A stretch of 53,942 nucleotides of DNA from Candidatus Woesearchaeota archaeon (GTDB taxonomy: Archaea > Nanobdellota > Nanobdellia > Woesearchaeales > JAGLGH01): positions 1-53,942 of the forward strand of contig DAOVBM010000005.1 of the NCBI GenBank assembly GCA_030670545.1. The letters are read 5' to 3'. The notes under the pieces are model-generated. The model was not told the DNA's origin. It worked only from the letters and a program-made list of their open reading frames with translations, and made no database searches. Below are positions 8,786 through 18,273 of this stretch, piece after piece. The stretch's first letter is position 1, and each line of letters begins with the position of its first letter. A program made the position numbers and the translations under genes.

Positions 8786-9055
8786 TCAACCTTTCCTTTC
8801 ACAGCACATCTCATTCTCTGCGCAATCTCTTGGGTGGTCTACTATGCCAACAGCTTTTACATAACCAGAAGGACAAGCTGTTTTACACACCCTGTCAAAT
8901 TTAGTAAGGCAGATGCTGCTTTCAGCTTCTTCTGCTCCTGTCCTAAACTTCATAGAGTATTTGCCAACAATAAAGATGAGCAAAACAAGCACAATTAGCA
9001 ATATTACTGAGATAATCACAATATTCAAGCTTAATCCTTGTCCTTTTTTCATCAT
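8786..9055 (-). CDS. Small Cys-rich type IV pilin-like protein (class III signal peptide)
   Basis: MMKKG|QGLSLNIVIISVILLIVLVLLI followed by a 6-Cys head ending in CC. Confidence 0.85.
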   Translation of the reverse strand: MMKKGQGLSLNIVIISVILLIVLVLLIFIVGKYSMKFRTGAEEAESSICLTKFDRVCKTACPSGYVKAVGIVDHPRDCAENEMCCERKG

Positions 9056-9056
9056 A

Positions 9057-9320
9057 TCACCTTACTGGCGTGCAGCAGTAGTTTGCTCCTTCCATGTCTG
9101 GCTTTCCATCGCCGTCTGCGTCACAGCCTGACAGATAAATTGGATTCTCATTGGAAAGGCAGTCACCAACTGACCTCTCGCAGTGACCACTGCAAGTGCT
9201 TACACCTGTCCTGAACTGACCGATTTTGCCTGAGAATATAACTATAAGCAGTACAAGCACAATAAGCGCAATGGCTGCTATAATAATGACATTCAGGCTT
9301 AATCCCTGCGCTTTTTTCAT
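9057..9320 (-). CDS. Small Cys-rich type IV pilin-like protein (class III signal peptide)
   Basis: MKKA|QGLSLNVIIIAAIALIVLVLLI; 6 Cys ending in CC; DADGDG motif. Confidence 0.88.
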   Translation of the reverse strand: MKKAQGLSLNVIIIAAIALIVLVLLIVIFSGKIGQFRTGVSTCSGHCERSVGDCLSNENPIYLSGCDADGDGKPDMEGANYCCTPVR

Positions 9321-9321
9321 C

Positions 9322-9606
9322 TTACGTTGATATACAACAGACCCCGTCTATCTGCGCGCCTTCATTATACTCACTGTCTCCGTCGTTGTTGCATGCCAGG
9401 TCATATCTTACAATATCATATGCTCCTGCGCATTCTGATCCAGGATCAAACACGCATCTTCCTTTGTTTGTTTCGCATCGATCCATCTCCACCCTTGTTT
9501 TGCCAATTTTGCCAATAAATATGACAGAAAGCACAACAAGAACAAGGAGTGCAATTGCTGCGATTATAATTGTATTTATAGACAATCCTTGTGCTTTTTT
9601 TCTCAT
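9322..9606 (-). CDS. Small Cys-rich type IV pilin-like protein (class III signal peptide), candidate major pilin
   Basis: MRKKA|QGLSINTIIIAAIALLVLVVL; 6 Cys ending in CC; has its own promoter and GAGGTG Shine-Dalgarno (9612-9617). Confidence 0.88.
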   Translation of the reverse strand: MRKKAQGLSINTIIIAAIALLVLVVLSVIFIGKIGKTRVEMDRCETNKGRCVFDPGSECAGAYDIVRYDLACNNDGDSEYNEGAQIDGVCCIST

Positions 9607-9649
9607 TCTAACACCTCATGATGATTATAATATATCTTAATTCCCTCAA

Positions 9650-9665
9650 TATTTAAAACTTTCGG
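9650..9665 (-). promoter_or_regulatory. BRE/TATA promoter for the three small pilins
   Basis: Minus-strand CCGAAAGTTTTAAATA about 45 nt upstream of ATG 9606. Confidence 0.6.
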
Positions 9666-9738
9666 AGAAAAATCCATTTCTATGTGAATAATACCTATAA
9701 ATATATACTCCCAAAAATTTTCTTTGAACATTTTTGTC

Positions 9739-10221
9739 TTAATCACAAATCTTAAGCTCTGTAGTCACTATGCCTATTGTTGTAGGAATAAATTCCTGTT
9801 TCAGGTCGCCAGGATCATCTTCTGTGCAGTTTTGGTTTGATATGTTCATCATAATTTCATAAGCTGTGATATAAACCTTAAAATAAAAGGGCCTGTTCCC
9901 CCACGCAACAAGAGTATTGTCAAGCAGATATGTCACCAGCTCTTCAGTATAATCACAGACAAGAGTACCTGCGCAAAGCTTCTGGTTATTTGTAACGCAG
10001 GTCTGGATAAGCTGCTCAACAGAGAGACCATCACATTCAGTTGTTGTTCTTCTTAACGTGCTCAGGAAATTAGCAGCAGATTGTGTCTGAGTATAACCTT
10101 TAAGCGCTTCTTCTTCCTCACCAAATACAACAAATCTTATGGCAAAGAACATTCCTATAGTTACAAGCAGCACTATTATTACAAGACCCATTATTTCCAT
10201 CTGCGCTTTTCTGTTTCTCAT
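9739..10221 (-). CDS. Minor pilin-like protein (class III signal peptide)
   Basis: MRNRKA|QMEIMGLVIIVLLVTIGMFF. Confidence 0.82.
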   Translation of the reverse strand: MRNRKAQMEIMGLVIIVLLVTIGMFFAIRFVVFGEEEEALKGYTQTQSAANFLSTLRRTTTECDGLSVEQLIQTCVTNNQKLCAGTLVCDYTEELVTYLLDNTLVAWGNRPFYFKVYITAYEIMMNISNQNCTEDDPGDLKQEFIPTTIGIVTTELKICD

Positions 10222-10232
10222 TGTAAAAAATA

Positions 10233-10745
10233 TTATTCTGGTGAGTAATAGGTTATATTAAGGTAAGCAAATCTGTGCTTTTTGTCAGTAGGATTATATA
10301 CTGAAATTGGCATTAAGGTCACAATGCTCCCTCCTCCTTCTGCCAGATCCCTTGTCCGGTTATACAGCAGGATAGAATCATGATCAGGATATATTATGTT
10401 AAGCTCAATCCTGCTATAACCAAGTTTCTGGTAATAATGGTCAGTAAGAAACTCATTATTTTCAGAATCCTGAAGCATATGCTGAAAAGCCTTAATCTTG
10501 TACCAGTCATAACAGTTCGGCTCACCTACATTCTTTATAGAGCACTGCAGCTCAGCAAGGTTTGATGTCTTTATAGCAAGGCTCACTGTGTCTATCTCTG
10601 TTGCCTGCCTCATCTTTTTCATATTCGATATTTGCTGCATCTTGCCATAGAATGTAAACCCGAAAGAGAGCAGGAAAAAGAAGATGATCAGCACAGCTAT
10701 TGATTCAAACATTTTCACCTGTCCTTTTTTGCTTGTCTTTTTCAT
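10233..10745 (-). CDS. Minor pilin-like protein (class III signal peptide)
   Basis: Start moved to ATG 10745, which gives MKKTSKKG|QVKMFESIAVLIIFFFLL and removes the overlap with the upstream gene. Confidence 0.8.
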   Translation of the reverse strand: MKKTSKKGQVKMFESIAVLIIFFFLLSFGFTFYGKMQQISNMKKMRQATEIDTVSLAIKTSNLAELQCSIKNVGEPNCYDWYKIKAFQHMLQDSENNEFLTDHYYQKLGYSRIELNIIYPDHDSILLYNRTRDLAEGGGSIVTLMPISVYNPTDKKHRFAYLNITYYSPE

Positions 10746-10746
10746 C

Positions 10747-11814
10747 TTAATATATTGCTGGGCATGACCTCTGTAGCGTATCCTCATTTATTCTCATGAC
10801 TGCATCTGCAGCAGATTTTAGTGACGATGCATAAGCTGGAGTGAATCTGCGCGCAGATTGGTTTATGCTCCTGAAAAAACTATCTGCATTTGTATAAACA
10901 ATCTGGCAGTTGTTAGTGTCAGTTGCTGTCTGATAATGAGACTTAAGCATATTCGCCCGATCCCAATAGATTGTATTGACAATCTGAAGCATATTGAAAG
11001 CCATCTGCATATTGCATTCATATGTCTCTGGATCATCTGTAAATATTGATCCTATTGCTGATGCTTCACCTATAAATACTGACTTTGCTGTTTCTTCAAA
11101 CCTATCCCCTTTTTTTTCATAAAATACAAGTTCTCCTGTTCCCTGAATATCCTGCAGGCTGTTTGCATTTATCCTGACAGCAGTATAATCCTTTCTTTTT
11201 ACGCCGCCTAATTTAGGCAAAGGATATGATGCAGGATCAGTTCCTCCGAAAAATACAAACCTTACCTTATAATGATTCTGGTCTTTAAGATTAAGAATGT
11301 CTGCGGATTCTACCAGCTCTTTTGTGAAAAATGCTTTAACCTCTCCATGATCTATTATTGTCCTGTTAGGCATAATATCATATACTTCTTCTGCAACAGA
11401 ACCTATATTGACAAAAACATACCTTACAAAAGGACTTGTAATATAAAGAAAATTAGTTACCCTAAAAGGCATACTCCATTCATGTGTCCAGCTCATAATC
11501 ACTGGCCCTTTTATGAGTTCTGGAGAAAAACTTGTCTTTGCGCGTATCGCGTTTGCCTTACCGACTATATAACCGTCGCAGTCATAAATTATATCAATAT
11601 TAGGTATATTTATTCGCGATGCAGTAGCAGCAGATGCTCTTGATCCAGTCAGCACAGCTCCAAGATTTATCTTGATTGATGCAGATATCTGATCCTCAGC
11701 AATGGTCTTCTGCTTGTTTATTATAGAAATAAAGAATCCTAGTATTATAACTCCTATAATAAGGATAAAAATCCAGTTGAATTGTATTTCTATAGCTCCT
11801 CTTTTTTGCAACAT
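10747..11814 (-). CDS. Pilin-like membrane-anchored protein (class III signal peptide)
   Basis: Start moved to ATG 11814: MLQKRG|AIEIQFNWIFILIIGVIILGFF. Confidence 0.8.
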   Translation of the reverse strand: MLQKRGAIEIQFNWIFILIIGVIILGFFISIINKQKTIAEDQISASIKINLGAVLTGSRASAATASRINIPNIDIIYDCDGYIVGKANAIRAKTSFSPELIKGPVIMSWTHEWSMPFRVTNFLYITSPFVRYVFVNIGSVAEEVYDIMPNRTIIDHGEVKAFFTKELVESADILNLKDQNHYKVRFVFFGGTDPASYPLPKLGGVKRKDYTAVRINANSLQDIQGTGELVFYEKKGDRFEETAKSVFIGEASAIGSIFTDDPETYECNMQMAFNMLQIVNTIYWDRANMLKSHYQTATDTNNCQIVYTNADSFFRSINQSARRFTPAYASSLKSAADAVMRINEDTLQRSCPAIY

Positions 11815-11865
11815 ATTAATAATCCTCAAGCTTCAAGTTACTAAAAAATGTTCGCAGGAAATTCT

Positions 11866-12396
11866 TTACCATGGGCTTATCTCTGCATATTCTCCTGTTC
11901 CCCTGAGCCTGAATAAGGTTCTTGGAAGTGTCACATTCGAACAAAAGAACCGTTCACCACTCTGCTGCGCCTTGACTGCAAGCGACCCTATATTATACCC
12001 TTTTACTGACTTACCTTCCACAATGAACATATTCTCTCCAGTGCAGTCTTTCCAGCTGTCGCAGATAAGAGGATATTCCTCAACAGTAAGATCATCTCCC
12101 ATACAATCAAGATTATGCGGCCTGTTTGCGCAGCCATCCCTTGTATCAACAAAGCATACCTTGTCAAAACTTCCAGATACATCAAGTTTCAGCTTTTCTA
12201 CAGATCCGTACTGTGACTCAATCTTCTCCACGCTTGTCCTAATCTCATTTGTCAGCTGTGTTATGAGAATCTCTTCAGATTGCTGGCTGAAATTCTTGAT
12301 TGCATTGTACCCATACATCAGTACAGCAGAAAAAATAATCAATGCGAGTATATATACAAAAACTTGTCCCATAATCTGCGCTTTTTTGCTCTCCAT
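11866..12396 (-). CDS. Pilin-like protein (class III signal peptide)
   Basis: MESKKA|QIMGQVFVYILALIIFSAVLMYGY. Confidence 0.83.
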   Translation of the reverse strand: MESKKAQIMGQVFVYILALIIFSAVLMYGYNAIKNFSQQSEEILITQLTNEIRTSVEKIESQYGSVEKLKLDVSGSFDKVCFVDTRDGCANRPHNLDCMGDDLTVEEYPLICDSWKDCTGENMFIVEGKSVKGYNIGSLAVKAQQSGERFFCSNVTLPRTLFRLRGTGEYAEISPW

Positions 12397-12400
12397 TTTT

Positions 12401-15400
12401 TCACCTTATCAATAGGGATGTTAATGATTGCGCATCCTTTTTAGTAATAAGCCCTTTAGCAGCAAGTGATGATATTGCTTTCTTGACATTCAATCTTGAT
12501 GTCTTATGCTCAGCTATAAGGTGCGTAAGGATGTGGCTTAAATTCTCTTTTGTCAGCTTACCCTCACGCGAGATATTCCCTAGCTGGTTTACTATCTGTT
12601 CAGCTGACATCTTTCTTGAATTTGCTATTTTCCTGAGACTGAGTATTATACCTTTAGATGGCTTCCATCCAGTAAGATCTTCAAGTTCTCCGAATACGTC
12701 CTTTTTCTCTTTTGCTGCATGCTTCTTAGCCTTTGGCCTGGCTTTAACAAGCTCTTTCTTGACCTTAATATGCTCTTCAATCTTCTTCTTAGGAAGATGT
12801 GCTAATCTCTCAAAAATGTATGAGAGATCTGGCTTTCCTTTCTTTGTCTCTCCAAGAGTTATCCACTCCTCTTCTTTCTTTTTTGCATATTCTGGCTTAA
12901 CTACTTCTTTTAGCCTTTTTATCTTCTCAGGCCTGGCAGCAATAATCCTTTCTCTCTCTTCTATTTTTTTCCTTTCTTCTTCTTTCTTTTTTCTTGCTTC
13001 AATCTCTACACGAGTAGGCACTCTTGGAACAGGTCTTCCAGGGACTGGCCTGCGAGGCAGCTGCCTTCCAGGTATTCTTAGAACAGGAATTTTTTTGCCA
13101 AACCTTAGGCTAAGATTCTTGGATGCAAAAGCCTTTATCTTATCTGAAAACATTCTAATTTCATCAGGATACTGAAGAGAAACATAATATCCCCCTCCTA
13201 ATAGTACAAGTATCAATATCAATACAAGCAGGTATGCCCAGATATAAGACTTAGGCATGTCCCCAGCATCAAGAGGGTCTGTTCCTCTCTTTATTTCTCG
13301 TCCATCTTCCCAACCGTCACCATCAGTGTCAGGATCATTAGGATCAGTGCCATATTTTTCCTCATCAACATTACTAAGTCCGTCTTCATCCCAATCCTCC
13401 TCTCCGTCTAATACTCCATCACCATCAGTATCAGGATTGTTTGGGTCAAGGCCATTCTCGAATTCCCACTCATTCGAGAGCCCGTCATTATCATCATCTT
13501 CTCTCCTGTCCAGTATGCCATCATTATCATCATCATCGTCTAAATCATCTGGTATGCCGTCATTATCATCATCATAATCTTCGTCATTTGGGATTCCGTC
13601 ACCATCCATATCATCATCCATGTTATTCTCTATGCCGTCATTGTCCAAATCATTATCAGGGTCATAGTCATCTGGATCAAGTATCCCATCATTGTCATCA
13701 TCATCATCTTCCCCTATGCAGATATCTGGGTCATTCAGAGGACTGTCTGCTGTATCACACAACCCGTCATTATCATCATCAGGATCCTGCCAGTTCTTTA
13801 TACCATCTCCGTCAATATCATCATCTTTGTCATTAATTATCCCATCACAATCAAGATCATTGTCAGCGCATATAACGCATACGTCAGCCCTGCATCTAAA
13901 AGCTGTTTCACAGTCATCGTCTTCTATGCAGTTCATGCCTTCAGCGCACCTTGTTAGACATATATCTCCTCCGCAATCTATGTCAGTCTCGCGGTTAGCC
14001 AGTGTAAGGTGATTATCCTTGCAAGTATCTGGTTTCTCGCATATGCCATACTGGCAGTTGCCTGTTATGCAGTCACTGTCATATTCGCAGCCAGAACCAA
14101 GAGAGCAAGGATCGCAGTCTCCTCCACAGTCTATGTCAGTCTCATTCCCATCCATTATAGAATCATTGCATGATGCAGGAGCGCATACACCAGCTAAAGG
14201 ATTAAGTGATACATTAATGAGGCAGAACCTGCTGATGCAGTCACTATTCACAAAACAATTTTTCCAGTCAGCGCAAGGAGGGCAGCTCAGGCCGCAGTCA
14301 ACATCAGATTCGCTTGTACTGTCAAACATACTGTTTGCGCATAAGCTTACAAGAGTAGGATCTATTGTCACTGTGTCAGTCATCTCATCTCCTACAAGGC
14401 CAACTATATTTCTCGGTCTTGCATGAAGTATGTATGAGCCGCCTGCAAGATAGAATAATGATCCATTATCAAGGCTCATGAGGGATATTGAGTTGTATGC
14501 TGAATAATCAGTCCAGTTTACTAATGTATCTCCTGTAAACTGTTGTTCAAGCATATATGAATATTGAATATTATCTGGCGTCTCATTATCATGAGCATCC
14601 AGCTTTGCATTTAATGCATAAAGGGGTGGAGCAATCTTTGGGGATGTGTAATTTGGATGGTGGCTTGTTATATTAGCCTCTGTCATGACAGGGGGGGTAG
14701 TATCTGATATAATCCTACTGCTTGCCACAGGTGACAATGTGCCGTTCAGGTCAAAGCACCTGAAATAAATCCTGTTCTCTCCAGGTACAAGCCCTGCTGC
14801 TGCGCCATGGTGCGCTCTTTTGAACTCAGATTCTTCATAATCCTCTACATAGTTATATATAGTATTTTCACTCAGTCCCCAGGAGCATCTTGCTTTCTTG
14901 TTTGTCGTGATATCAATATCTGCTGAAGAACTGTCTGTGATTACAGGCATCCTGCTTACATCAATAATGAATGCAGCATTAAGATCAACAGAAAATCTTA
15001 TTTGCGTAACATTGGCTGCCCATTCTGCCTTGTCCATGCATGCTGCGTAATATGTATAATCTCTTGCCTGGGAAGAATTTATATGGACTTCCTTTCTTTT
15101 CAGCTTATTGAAATCAGTTTCACTTACCTGCTCATCAAAAGCATATCTTAACTGGGAATAATCTGATCTTATCTCAGTATCATACCTGCAGACAACTTTC
15201 TCACTAGCAAGGATGCTTAGGGTAGTATTTAAGTCATAATCAGTGATAATCTCAGGGTCAGCAAGAGCAGCCAGAATTCTTGGAGGCTCTAAATCAACAC
15301 TAATATTAAAAAAAGTATATGTGGAATCATAATAGCCATCATTACATTTGACATAAAATTCATATTCACTTGTATCTCCTGGAAATATCTCAGAGAAATC

Positions 15401-18073
15401 ATTGAGCGTGTGCGCAGTCCCTCCGCTGGTTGGGAAAGGCTTATAGAAAGTATCATGTATCTCTCCAAGCCACTGCCTGTTAAAGAAATAAGAGCAGTCT
15501 GCATCATTATCAGTATTAATCACAATATCAAATATAAATGCAGGAGAAACTCCCCATGAAGGGCTAATGAGAGAGATGTATATATCTTCTATCGAGTTCA
15601 TTACAAACCATGAACTGCTGACAGCCTTGTTTTGTGCATAATCCTCTACTTCTATCTGCAGGTTCTTTGTTCCATCTCCAAGATACTGTTTTATTGTATG
15701 TGTCTTGTTATCTTTTGTTGTGAAATTAGATGCATAGTCAAATCCATTAATCTCAAACATTGACAATGTGATCTTCTCATTATATACTGCCTCCAGATTA
15801 GCTATTGCAGATCTAGGAGTAAGCACTTCACCTTCTTCAGGCTCAAGAGAAATCAGTAATGGGGGGCTTGTATCAATAGTAAAATTCAGATAATAACTGC
15901 TATCCATTGCCAGGCCATTATTCCCTATTGCATTGAGCACAAGAGAATATTCATTATCTACAAGCAGGGATGAGAATACAAATTCTGCAACACTATAGTT
16001 GATCCATTCAAAAGATGTATCAATCGGCTGCTTAAACCCTTCAAGATATATATCTTTCCGTGTAATATCCATTGGCTGGTCTATAAATGTAACTCTGATC
16101 CTGGATTCAGGGCTGTTAGAATATAATATATCATCAATCTCTCTTCCTGGAGATATCTCAGCCGCAATTATTTCAGGGCCTGTAGCATTCTCTGAAGCAT
16201 TGAAAATTATTGTCTGTATGTCCTGGATGTTATTTGAAGGGTCTCTGGCATAATAGTTAAGTATATTCTCTCCCTCGATAAGTGTATAAAGGTATATTTT
16301 CCCTTCTGTAAACTTCAGATTATGTATATTAAGGACATCTTCTGTAATCTCAATATAATCATCCTGTGATTGGCATGATCCGTCATTATTAAGGCAGATA
16401 TAAAGATGATATCCTTTTTTTGCATACTTTGTGACAACAATTTCTCCTATCTGGATACTAACCTTATCTCTGACATCTACATTTAGCTTTCTTGGGATAC
16501 CCATCTTGAAATCAGAAGGGGATAGAGTCATATTTGGAGGGAAATAATCTGACTGGCATCTCCTGAAATCTTCATCAAAAGACAATTCGTCAAAACTTAA
16601 TCCTTTCTGGTCAATGATATGATAACAGTCCATCCAGTCCCGGATTATACCTTCATTATCATCTGCATCCTTATAACATGCCCTGCCAGCTTCATACCAC
16701 TTGCATACTCCTATTGAACATGGGTCATTGATGCCATTGCAGGATCCACTCTCCTTATAATCTATGCATATTGTTGTCTGGCAGTATCTGGTACCAGTAC
16801 CATCAAAATAGCATTTATATTCCTGACTGGACAATGCAGCTGCTTTTTCAGGTGTGCACTGGCTATAAACATTATTATAAGCTTCCTGATTTGTTGCTTC
16901 AGGTGTACCATTCATCAGGCATAATAAACAGTTTGGCAGATCAATATTCTTGCATACTCCAATATTCAATTCAGGTATTGTATCTTCCCATACACATCTA
17001 CCAAAACCACAGTTATCCCTATCGCATGCGCTTCTGCTTTTGTAATCATAGCAGTCCATGCCTGTATCACAACTATAGCATTTATCAAGAGTTGTCGCTG
17101 ACTTGTCAAGGAAACAGAATGTCCTGTTGCCAGGAGAGCCAATGCACATATTCTCATCATTCTGGAAATAAAGGCCAAAAGGATTAGCATTCTCATTCTC
17201 ACAATCTCCTCTTATAGAACATTCAACAGATGAATCTCTTGTAACACATGAGCATTGGGCACCAGGCCCTGCGATTGCATCACAGTCGTCAGCGCCTCCA
17301 ATCTGGTTGCAGTTCTTCACCTCATGCAGCCTGTTAAAGCTGTCGCAATAGAATCCCCTGTTAAGCTTTTTCCAGAACACTGCATTGACATTGCTGTAAA
17401 AATTATCATCACTAAACCCTGCTTCAGAAATAAGGAAGTCCTTATACCTGCTGTATGTGTATTCATGGATGCAGAAAGGGTATTCATCATACCTATACCA
17501 GCATTCAATGTTTCCAAGTGTGGCGTTTGCCTGTGCTGAAAAATCCTTATTCTGGACAGTATAATAGCCTTTAACTGTATAAGTGTAATTTGTGTCCCAT
17601 CTTGCATCAGTATCAAAAAAGCTTGTTGATGTTGTTGTGGCAAGCAGGACAGTGCCATCGCACCCATAAGCGCCTTTTTTGCATTTTCTTGAAATTTCAT
17701 AATATTCGGCTTCGCATGGTGAATCCCAGCCCAAATGAACCCCTCTTGCGCCTTTTGGATATGAAATTTCAAGGTCAATAGGCACATCATAATCAGGGTC
17801 ATCGCATGTCAGGTTCCTGATTATAGGAGGCGCATAAACTTCTTCACATTTGATTGTACAGTTAAGGTCAAGAGGGACATCATAAACTTTCTGATAATTG
17901 CACTGGCTTTCTGGCATCAGGTCTCCGCCGCCATCTGGATAGCAGCAGCATACATTTGTCTCCTGGCTTGCCGCAAATATTGAGAGGAGCACTAATATGA
18001 CTGTCAAAAATAAGGAAAGAGGGATTAATCTAACCTTTTTTCTTATGATTTGTTTAATTCTCCTTGTGTTCAT
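12401..18073 (-). CDS. Giant type I membrane surface protein/adhesin (Cys-rich, FN3/Ig-like, ETDIDCGG repeats, TSP3-type Ca-binding repeats)
   Basis: Signal peptide; Cys-rich N-terminal region; beta-rich modules bounded by D..PP; three E(T/S)D(I/V)DCG repeats; many DxDxDG repeats and DPNDPDTDGDG; one TM helix; Pro/Arg- then Lys-rich tail. Confidence 0.88.
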   Translation of the reverse strand: MNTRRIKQIIRKKVRLIPLSLFLTVILVLLSIFAASQETNVCCCYPDGGGDLMPESQCNYQKVYDVPLDLNCTIKCEEVYAPPIIRNLTCDDPDYDVPIDLEISYPKGARGVHLGWDSPCEAEYYEISRKCKKGAYGCDGTVLLATTTSTSFFDTDARWDTNYTYTVKGYYTVQNKDFSAQANATLGNIECWYRYDEYPFCIHEYTYSRYKDFLISEAGFSDDNFYSNVNAVFWKKLNRGFYCDSFNRLHEVKNCNQIGGADDCDAIAGPGAQCSCVTRDSSVECSIRGDCENENANPFGLYFQNDENMCIGSPGNRTFCFLDKSATTLDKCYSCDTGMDCYDYKSRSACDRDNCGFGRCVWEDTIPELNIGVCKNIDLPNCLLCLMNGTPEATNQEAYNNVYSQCTPEKAAALSSQEYKCYFDGTGTRYCQTTICIDYKESGSCNGINDPCSIGVCKWYEAGRACYKDADDNEGIIRDWMDCYHIIDQKGLSFDELSFDEDFRRCQSDYFPPNMTLSPSDFKMGIPRKLNVDVRDKVSIQIGEIVVTKYAKKGYHLYICLNNDGSCQSQDDYIEITEDVLNIHNLKFTEGKIYLYTLIEGENILNYYARDPSNNIQDIQTIIFNASENATGPEIIAAEISPGREIDDILYSNSPESRIRVTFIDQPMDITRKDIYLEGFKQPIDTSFEWINYSVAEFVFSSLLVDNEYSLVLNAIGNNGLAMDSSYYLNFTIDTSPPLLISLEPEEGEVLTPRSAIANLEAVYNEKITLSMFEINGFDYASNFTTKDNKTHTIKQYLGDGTKNLQIEVEDYAQNKAVSSSWFVMNSIEDIYISLISPSWGVSPAFIFDIVINTDNDADCSYFFNRQWLGEIHDTFYKPFPTSGGTAHTLNDFSEIFPGDTSEYEFYVKCNDGYYDSTYTFFNISVDLEPPRILAALADPEIITDYDLNTTLSILASEKVVCRYDTEIRSDYSQLRYAFDEQVSETDFNKLKRKEVHINSSQARDYTYYAACMDKAEWAANVTQIRFSVDLNAAFIIDVSRMPVITDSSSADIDITTNKKARCSWGLSENTIYNYVEDYEESEFKRAHHGAAAGLVPGENRIYFRCFDLNGTLSPVASSRIISDTTPPVMTEANITSHHPNYTSPKIAPPLYALNAKLDAHDNETPDNIQYSYMLEQQFTGDTLVNWTDYSAYNSISLMSLDNGSLFYLAGGSYILHARPRNIVGLVGDEMTDTVTIDPTLVSLCANSMFDSTSESDVDCGLSCPPCADWKNCFVNSDCISRFCLINVSLNPLAGVCAPASCNDSIMDGNETDIDCGGDCDPCSLGSGCEYDSDCITGNCQYGICEKPDTCKDNHLTLANRETDIDCGGDICLTRCAEGMNCIEDDDCETAFRCRADVCVICADNDLDCDGIINDKDDDIDGDGIKNWQDPDDDNDGLCDTADSPLNDPDICIGEDDDDDNDGILDPDDYDPDNDLDNDGIENNMDDDMDGDGIPNDEDYDDDNDGIPDDLDDDDDNDGILDRREDDDNDGLSNEWEFENGLDPNNPDTDGDGVLDGEEDWDEDGLSNVDEEKYGTDPNDPDTDGDGWEDGREIKRGTDPLDAGDMPKSYIWAYLLVLILILVLLGGGYYVSLQYPDEIRMFSDKIKAFASKNLSLRFGKKIPVLRIPGRQLPRRPVPGRPVPRVPTRVEIEARKKKEEERKKIEERERIIAARPEKIKRLKEVVKPEYAKKKEEEWITLGETKKGKPDLSYIFERLAHLPKKKIEEHIKVKKELVKARPKAKKHAAKEKKDVFGELEDLTGWKPSKGIILSLRKIANSRKMSAEQIVNQLGNISREGKLTKENLSHILTHLIAEHKTSRLNVKKAISSLAAKGLITKKDAQSLTSLLIR
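13280..13870 (-). repeat. Coding low-complexity (GAT/GAC-rich) repeats encoding DDDNDG/TSP3-like motifs
   Basis: Recurrent TCATTATCATCATC on the + strand, in frame with the adhesin; boundaries approximate. Confidence 0.8.
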
Positions 18074-18093
18074 TTTTATATCTCTGGATTTTA

Positions 18094-18236
18094 GACATTG
18101 TTAACTTATCGACTACTCCACTTACCACAACCCTATACTCCATATAGGAACGTGGTAAGCTCTGTCTGGCCATGCCATGAATGCCTTTAGCATTCAATGG
18201 CATCCATGGCACAGACGCCGATAAGTGAACAATGTT
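18094..18236. mobile_element. MITE (143 bp) with terminal inverted repeats and target-site duplication
   Basis: TIRs ACATTGTTAACTTATCG (18095-18111) and CGATAAGTGAACAATGT (18219-18235) match at 16/17. Flanking direct repeat GGATTTTA at 18086-18093 and 18237-18244 (9 bp TGGATTTTA if the element ends at 18235). Confidence 0.8.
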
Positions 18237-18273
18237 GGATTTTATCATTTATCTATTTAAGTTTATATCTTTA

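Noticed and set aside
13280-13870. Repetitive TCA/TCG-rich tract as a CRISPR array or DNA tandem repeat
   Set aside because: No fixed-length repeat with unique spacers; it is the codon pattern of the Asp-rich repeats in the adhesin.
18054-18248. 64-aa minus-strand ORF and overlapping 93-aa plus-strand ORF
   Set aside because: They span the MITE or are antisense to a real gene; the TIR/TSD structure explains the region better.
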